From: an uncultured Ignavibacteriales bacterium
Lineage (GTDB): Bacteria; Bacteroidota; Ignavibacteria; T3Sed10-11
Assembly (NCBI GenBank): GCA_964495085.1
Contig: CAZBUK010000013.1
Span: forward strand, 1-62,949
Length of the DNA: 62,949 bases
Direction: 5' to 3'
Shown: positions 57,574-62,949 of the stretch, piece by piece
Layout: the number at the start of each line of letters is the position of its first letter
Numbering within the stretch: the stretch's first letter is position 1
Program-made: the position numbers and the translations under genes
Notes under the pieces: generated by a model
Databases searched by the model: none
What the model was told of the DNA's origin: nothing
What the model saw: only the letters and a program-made list of their open reading frames with translations

Positions 57574-59979
57574 TTAACGTTCGATAACCAACGCGTCGCC
57601 CGGGCGGATCGTGTTTCCGATGTTATTCCATTCTTTTAGCTCAGAGACAGAGACATTATACATACGCGCAATTTCCCAGAGCGTGTCACCGCGACGGACG
57701 ACGTGATGCTGTTGGGATGCGGATACGGTTGTGCCGACGGCATCTGCGAACACCCCGGACGAGCCGGATTTGATGAGCAGTTCCTGTCCTATTCGGATCG
57801 TTGTGCCTGTTAATCCATTCCATTCCCGCAATTCCTTAACCGTCACCCTGTACATTCCGGCGATCTGAGCGAGTGTCTCACCCGAACGGACTGTATGTTT
57901 GATTGCGTCTCCGGATGTCGATTGCGGGACGGGACCGATCACAGCGGCGGATCCGATACTGCGCTGAGAAGCGGGAGTCCGGCTCTCGGGCAAGGTGAAT
58001 ATCGCGAGCTCCTGTCCAACATAGATTACATTATCTCTCAGATTGTTCCAGTTGCGTATGTCCTGAGGTGAAACCCCGTATTTCTGACCCAGTGAGGAGA
58101 GATTCTCACCCCGCCGCACCACATGCCGGATCCAATATTCGTTGTCTATAACCTCATCCCTGACCTTCTGCACGCCGCCGTTTACCAGGACAGCCTGGCC
58201 CCTTGCGAGCTTCTGCTTTTCGTCGAAAGGGAGATCGGTCATCCGGGAGTAATAATCGTTCTGTTCCGTCGGGACCCAAACCGTCAATTCCTGGCCGACC
58301 CTGATGACGCTCCCGTAGCTTAGACCGTTCCAATTTCTGATGCTCGTTGCAGATGTACCGAACCACTCCGCTATATGGCCAATTGTATCACCCTTTCGGA
58401 CGGTATATTTAATCTGCTCAAGATTTTCGCTGCTCGCAGGGCGCGTAGCACGTCTCTGGGTAACCGGTGTGGACGACGGACGCTGCGTACGCCTTGCTGT
58501 TTGTGTTGTCGATGCGGTCTGACGCTGGAATTTCTCATACATTTCGCGCGAAACGGGGATCATGATCGACTGGCCCACTGAGATACGGTGTACATTACGG
58601 ATATTATTAGTCTCAGCGATGAGTCCGAGCGGGATTCCATACCGTCTGGAAATGGTACCGAGGGTTTCACCGCTCCGCACGCGGTGGACGATCCAGTCCC
58701 GTTTCTGATCCTCGGGAACCTGCGCAAACTTTTCATGGAACCGTTCCGATGAACCCTTCGGGATGCGCAATTTGTAATTATGAGATCCCGGAGGCGTAAA
58801 GCCCTGAAGCAATTCGGGATTCAACTCCGACATGGCCTCGAATGAGGCGCCGGCGCAGTCGGCAAGCACACCGAGACTGACACTGCCGTTGATGTGCACA
58901 TATTCGAACTCCGACGGCTCGCCGGGTTCGATGCCTGTAAATCCGTACTTCGCCGGGTTCAATGCCATCAGGGTAACGGCGATGTACTGTGGAATATAGT
59001 TCCGTGTTTCGCGCGGGAGATAACTTCTCATGCCCCAGAAATCCCTGGTCCTGCTTCTTGATATAGCGCGATTTATTCTTCCCGCACCGGCATTATATGC
59101 ACCGAGCACCAGGTACCAATCGCCGTACCGATTGTAGAGGTCCTTGAGATGGCGGGCTGCAGCGCGCGTTGATTTCTCGATGTCGCGCCGTTCATCATAC
59201 CACCAATCGACTCTGAGGCCGTACATCCTTCCCGTACCGCGAATAAACTGCCACATACCGACCGCCCCCGCCCAGGAGCGAGCGTTGGGATTCAATCCGC
59301 TTTCGACCATGGCGAGGTAAATGATTTCCCGCGGAACGCCTTCCTCCTCGAGTATCGGTTCCATTATCGGGAAGTACTTTCCCTGCCGATAGAGCCATCG
59401 CTCGAAGTGTTCCCGGCCCCTTCCCTTCTGAAAGAAGGCGAGGTTCCGTTCCACATGTTCGTTTATAACAAGGGGGATTGTTGTTGTTACGGTGGAGCTC
59501 TCGACGATGACCTCATCTGTATCGATCGAATCTACCTCTATCGCAAGTTTCTCGCGAAGTGCAAAGACCGAGCTTTCCGGCCCGAGCTCATCGATGAGAG
59601 CAATGTATCGTTCATAGTCCTCTATGATCCGGTGCGAGAGGGTTATGAAATCCTCGTTCTCATCCGCGCCGAGATGATAACTGATTTCGTTTAGTTGTTC
59701 GATCGCGTCTTCGAAAAGTACCTGAGCTGCGAGGGTGTCCCCGTCGGCGAGAGCCTGCTGTGCGTCGATATAGAATATTCGTGCGGACCGCAGCATTTCG
59801 TCGAGGAGAACTTCTCCGTCTGCCTGCGCCGTATCCGCCGATAGTACTGCAAATTCAGATTCAGCAACACCTTCTCCTGCAGTGGTCTCATCCATATCAT
59901 TCTGAGACGATTTAAAGACGGAACATGATATGAGAAGGAAGGCTAATACGAATATTACAAGAAAAGGCATCCGGTTCAT
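57574..59979 (-). CDS. MltD-like lytic murein transglycosylase lipoprotein with five LysM domains
   Basis: Lipobox LISC; VES, GMWQF and AYNAG SLT motifs; five (H/Y)xVRxG(E/D)(T/N) LysM repeats. Confidence 0.92.
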   Translation of the reverse strand: MNRMPFLVIFVLAFLLISCSVFKSSQNDMDETTAGEGVAESEFAVLSADTAQADGEVLLDEMLRSARIFYIDAQQALADGDTLAAQVLFEDAIEQLNEISYHLGADENEDFITLSHRIIEDYERYIALIDELGPESSVFALREKLAIEVDSIDTDEVIVESSTVTTTIPLVINEHVERNLAFFQKGRGREHFERWLYRQGKYFPIMEPILEEEGVPREIIYLAMVESGLNPNARSWAGAVGMWQFIRGTGRMYGLRVDWWYDERRDIEKSTRAAARHLKDLYNRYGDWYLVLGAYNAGAGRINRAISRSRTRDFWGMRSYLPRETRNYIPQYIAVTLMALNPAKYGFTGIEPGEPSEFEYVHINGSVSLGVLADCAGASFEAMSELNPELLQGFTPPGSHNYKLRIPKGSSERFHEKFAQVPEDQKRDWIVHRVRSGETLGTISRRYGIPLGLIAETNNIRNVHRISVGQSIMIPVSREMYEKFQRQTASTTQTARRTQRPSSTPVTQRRATRPASSENLEQIKYTVRKGDTIGHIAEWFGTSATSIRNWNGLSYGSVIRVGQELTVWVPTEQNDYYSRMTDLPFDEKQKLARGQAVLVNGGVQKVRDEVIDNEYWIRHVVRRGENLSSLGQKYGVSPQDIRNWNNLRDNVIYVGQELAIFTLPESRTPASQRSIGSAAVIGPVPQSTSGDAIKHTVRSGETLAQIAGMYRVTVKELREWNGLTGTTIRIGQELLIKSGSSGVFADAVGTTVSASQQHHVVRRGDTLWEIARMYNVSVSELKEWNNIGNTIRPGDALVIER

Positions 59980-60024
59980 CTACAATCCCCAGCTTTTAAG
60001 GATATAAAAAGATATTTAACTTTT

Positions 60025-60053
60025 AATATAGAATAATTTCGACGGAATTTCAA
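60025..60053 (-). promoter_or_regulatory. Putative sigma-70 promoter (TTGAAA-N17-TATATT)
   Basis: Hexamers with a 17-nt spacer upstream of the MltD-like gene. Confidence 0.55.
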
Positions 60054-60083
60054 GGATTATGTGAAACAATTTTCATAACCTGC

Positions 60084-61232
60084 TCAATTACCGATAGATA
60101 ATCCCTCCAATAAGGATTTTGTTATAGAATTCCAGGTAAAAGAGTCCAGTATCCGTTTTCGCCCCCTTCTTCCCATATTATCGGCACGTTCGGCATTAAT
60201 CATTAGCTCGATGATTTTATTTCCGATCTCGGCAGAACTTGTCGGATCGACAAGATAGCCGGTTTCACCGTCCACTACCGCATCTTCGACACCGCCCGAA
60301 CGGCCGCCGATAACAGGTTTTTCGCATGCATTCGCTTCCAGAAACGTGATACCGAATCCCTCGGTATCTCCGATTTTCTCTAGCGTCCGGCTCGGCATAA
60401 CGTAAACATCGCAAAGATTGTAATAGTCTACCATCTCATCCGCCTGTACGTAACCGGCGAATAATACATTTTGCCGAACACCGAGACGATCCGTCAGTTC
60501 ATGAAGTTCACGCAGATACTCCTCATCTCCCTCACCGGCAATAATGTATTTCACCCGGGGGACCTTTTTCAATATTTCGGGAAGGGCGGCAATAACATAA
60601 GCGTGTCCCTTTCTCGGGATAACCCGCGCCAGTGTCAGAATAATCTTTTCATCGGATATTCCGAGCCGCTTCTTCAATGCGCTCACATTTGCGCCGGGAT
60701 AATATCTCCGGGGATCGACTCCGTTCGGCAGGACAATCAGATTTTCCGGCGCCACGGGAAAATGTTTCAGAATAAATTCTCCGGTAAACCGGCTTACCGC
60801 AACGACTCGATGACTCCGGCCGAGTGTCCTGCCGAGCCATCGTCTCTTGATGAAGTTCATGCTTCTGGTGACTTCGAGACCATGTGCGACTGTCACGACC
60901 GGAATCCCACTCTTTCGCGCAACCGGTATCAGTCCTCTCGTAAAATTCCAGGTCGTTCCGATAATGACATCCGGCCCGGGGGATCGACGCAGGCGTTCCA
61001 TCAACGATTTCCGACAGTAGACGCTCCGCATCTTTTTCCAGTTTGACCCCCTGATATGATGAATCGGAAAAGCGGAGCGTGTATGAGAACCGGCATGTTC
61101 TTCGTTTCTATATCGCGTAAATACCTCGACACGCTGGCCGAGCTCATGCAGACTCTCAGAGACTCCATACGCCCATTGTGCGATACCACCGCTATAGGGC
61201 GGATAATCTTCAGAATAGATAAATATATGCAG
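60084..61232 (-). CDS. GT4 family glycosyltransferase (PimB-like), probable CTG start
   Basis: EGFGITFLEA and RKG motifs; the frame is open 67 codons above the listed ATG and encodes HIFIYSEDYPPYSGGIA. Confidence 0.88.
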   Translation of the reverse strand: MHIFIYSEDYPPYSGGIAQWAYGVSESLHELGQRVEVFTRYRNEEHAGSHTRSAFPIHHIRGSNWKKMRSVYCRKSLMERLRRSPGPDVIIGTTWNFTRGLIPVARKSGIPVVTVAHGLEVTRSMNFIKRRWLGRTLGRSHRVVAVSRFTGEFILKHFPVAPENLIVLPNGVDPRRYYPGANVSALKKRLGISDEKIILTLARVIPRKGHAYVIAALPEILKKVPRVKYIIAGEGDEEYLRELHELTDRLGVRQNVLFAGYVQADEMVDYYNLCDVYVMPSRTLEKIGDTEGFGITFLEANACEKPVIGGRSGGVEDAVVDGETGYLVDPTSSAEIGNKIIELMINAERADNMGRRGRKRILDSFTWNSITKSLLEGLSIGN

Positions 61233-61333
61233 CGGAATAAATTATTCTCTTCAAAGAATCAATGCAATAAATTTAACAGGCGATGAACAACGTGAGGATG
61301 AGCTTCCGATATCGTACTCCCGCATATACCTTT

Positions 61334-62893
61334 TTATAACGGAATATTACCGTGCTTCTTGGGCGGATTTTTATCCACTTTCGTATCGAGCATTTCGAGC
61401 GCGCGGATGAGTTTGGACCGGGTTGCGGCCGGTTCGATGACATCGTCGATATATCCCCGCTCGGCTGCAATATAGGGGTTTGCAAATTTTTCACGGTATT
61501 CTGATACCTTCTCCTCGATCGCTTTCTCCTTGTCAGCGGATCGTTCGATCTCTTTTTTGAAGATAATTTCGACCGCGCCCTTCGGTCCCATAACTGCGAT
61601 CTCTGCGGTCGGCCAGGCGAAATTGACGTCGCCTCTGATGTGCTTGGAGTTCATTACGTCGTAAGCGCCGCCGTACGCTTTACGCGTTATGACGGTAATT
61701 TTCGGTACCGTCGCTTCGCAGAAAGCATACAACAACTTCGCTCCGTGCTTGATAATGCCGCGCCATTCCTGATCCGTGCCGGGTAAGAAACCGGGAACAT
61801 CCTCGAAGACAATGAGGGGGATATTAAAGGCGTCGCAGAATCTGACAAACCGCGCACCCTTGACGGATGAGTCGATGTCAAGGACTCCGGCGAGCACGGC
61901 GGGTTGGTTTGCAACAATGCCGACGGGACGGCCGGAAAGATGTGCGAAACCCACGATAATGTTCGGAGCGAATAACTCGTGAACCTCGAAGAAATCGTTC
62001 TTATCGACTACCGCGCGGAGTACTTCTTTCATATCGTACGGTTTGTTCGGATTATCGGGGATGATCGTATTCAGGTCGGCGTTCAGACGTTCAGGATCGT
62101 CGTCGGAGTCCACGATCGGCGGGTCGTCGGCATAGTTCGCCGGGAGATATACGAGCAGTTTCTTGATGGACTCGATACATTCGATCTCGTTTTCGCATGC
62201 GAAATGCGCGACGCCGCTTTTCGTTGCATGCGTTACCGCACCTCCCAGATCTTCGAACGAGACGTTCTCATGGGTGACCGTTTTTACGACGTTTGGTCCG
62301 GTGACGAACATATGTCCGGTGTTCTTGACCATGAGCACGAAATCGGTAATCGCCGGAGAATATACCGCTCCTCCCGCACAGGGTCCCATGATCGCCGAGA
62401 TTTGGGGAATAACGCCCGAAGCGAGGGTATTCCTCAGGAAAATATCCGCATATCCCCCGAGACTGACCACCCCTTCCTGAATTCGTGCACCCCCCGAATC
62501 GTTTAAACCGATAACGGGAATCCCCACCTTCATCGCCAGATCCATGATCTTACAGATCTTTTCCGCATGCGCTTCCGAGAGCGAACCGCCGAAAACCGTG
62601 AAGTCCTGACTATATACGAAAACCTTTCTGCCGTTCACCGTGCCATGCCCGGTAACGACACCGTCGCCGGGATATTTCTGTTTCTCCAATCCGAAATCCC
62701 TTGAACGATGGCGCACCAGCATGTCGATTTCTTCGAAGCTTCCCGGATCCAGCAGCAGATCGATGCGTTCCCGGGCGGTGAGTTTCCCCTTTTCATGCTG
62801 TGCATCGATTCTTTGCTGCCCGCCGCCGAGAACTGCCTCTTCTTTCAGTTTACGCAGCTCGTCCAGCTTATGTGAATTCATATATGATTTCAT
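61334..62893 (-). CDS. pccB: Acyl-CoA carboxylase carboxyltransferase subunit (propionyl-CoA carboxylase beta-like)
   Basis: [56 protein letters not shown]. Confidence 0.93.
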   Translation of the reverse strand: MKSYMNSHKLDELRKLKEEAVLGGGQQRIDAQHEKGKLTARERIDLLLDPGSFEEIDMLVRHRSRDFGLEKQKYPGDGVVTGHGTVNGRKVFVYSQDFTVFGGSLSEAHAEKICKIMDLAMKVGIPVIGLNDSGGARIQEGVVSLGGYADIFLRNTLASGVIPQISAIMGPCAGGAVYSPAITDFVLMVKNTGHMFVTGPNVVKTVTHENVSFEDLGGAVTHATKSGVAHFACENEIECIESIKKLLVYLPANYADDPPIVDSDDDPERLNADLNTIIPDNPNKPYDMKEVLRAVVDKNDFFEVHELFAPNIIVGFAHLSGRPVGIVANQPAVLAGVLDIDSSVKGARFVRFCDAFNIPLIVFEDVPGFLPGTDQEWRGIIKHGAKLLYAFCEATVPKITVITRKAYGGAYDVMNSKHIRGDVNFAWPTAEIAVMGPKGAVEIIFKKEIERSADKEKAIEEKVSEYREKFANPYIAAERGYIDDVIEPAATRSKLIRALEMLDTKVDKNPPKKHGNIPL

Positions 62894-62949
62894 CGGTGTC
62901 CAAAATAATTATTAACGAAGTGAACATAGTGGAATATTGCATTGGAAAA

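Noticed and set aside
1-62949. CRISPR arrays, transposases, prophage or defence systems
   Set aside because: No regularly spaced direct repeats or such genes seen by eye; the only repeats are TPR and LysM protein repeats

Overview
A gene-dense chromosomal core region with about 60 CDSs, mostly on the minus strand. I see no mobile elements, prophage or CRISPR array. Gene content (DUF6249/ECF sigma, DUF3098, DUF2461, bshA, a C-terminal TWGSIK-motif protein) and E. coli-like TTGnnn-N17-TATATT promoters suggest a non-Bacteroidia member of the FCB group, such as an Ignavibacteria-like organism; this is inference only. Housekeeping genes include uvrB (5' end), pcrA/uvrD, ogt, maf, prfB (+1 frameshift), aspS, proS, dnaE, trxA, a Lol-type ABC exporter, a long suf cluster, an MltD/LysM transglycosylase, a PccB-like carboxyltransferase and three tRNAs (Ser-GGA, Leu-GAG, Lys-TTT). 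The most interesting observations are: (1) an ALS-like ThDP enzyme resembling cyanobacterial 2-oxoglutarate decarboxylase, next to an ALDH21-like dehydrogenase, a possible TCA bypass; (2) an ECF transporter whose two ATPases are degenerate in complementary motifs, leaving one intact ATP site; (3) a candidate ~80-nt sRNA with its own promoter, terminator and two C-rich loops; (4) a secreted protein with a C-terminal TWGSIKSMFR motif; (5) an IscR type-1-like operator before sufB; (6) divergent promoters sharing one palindromic -35, one feeding a structured leader; (7) a glycosyltransferase apparently starting at CTG. All family assignments come from motif recognition by eye, with no database searches.
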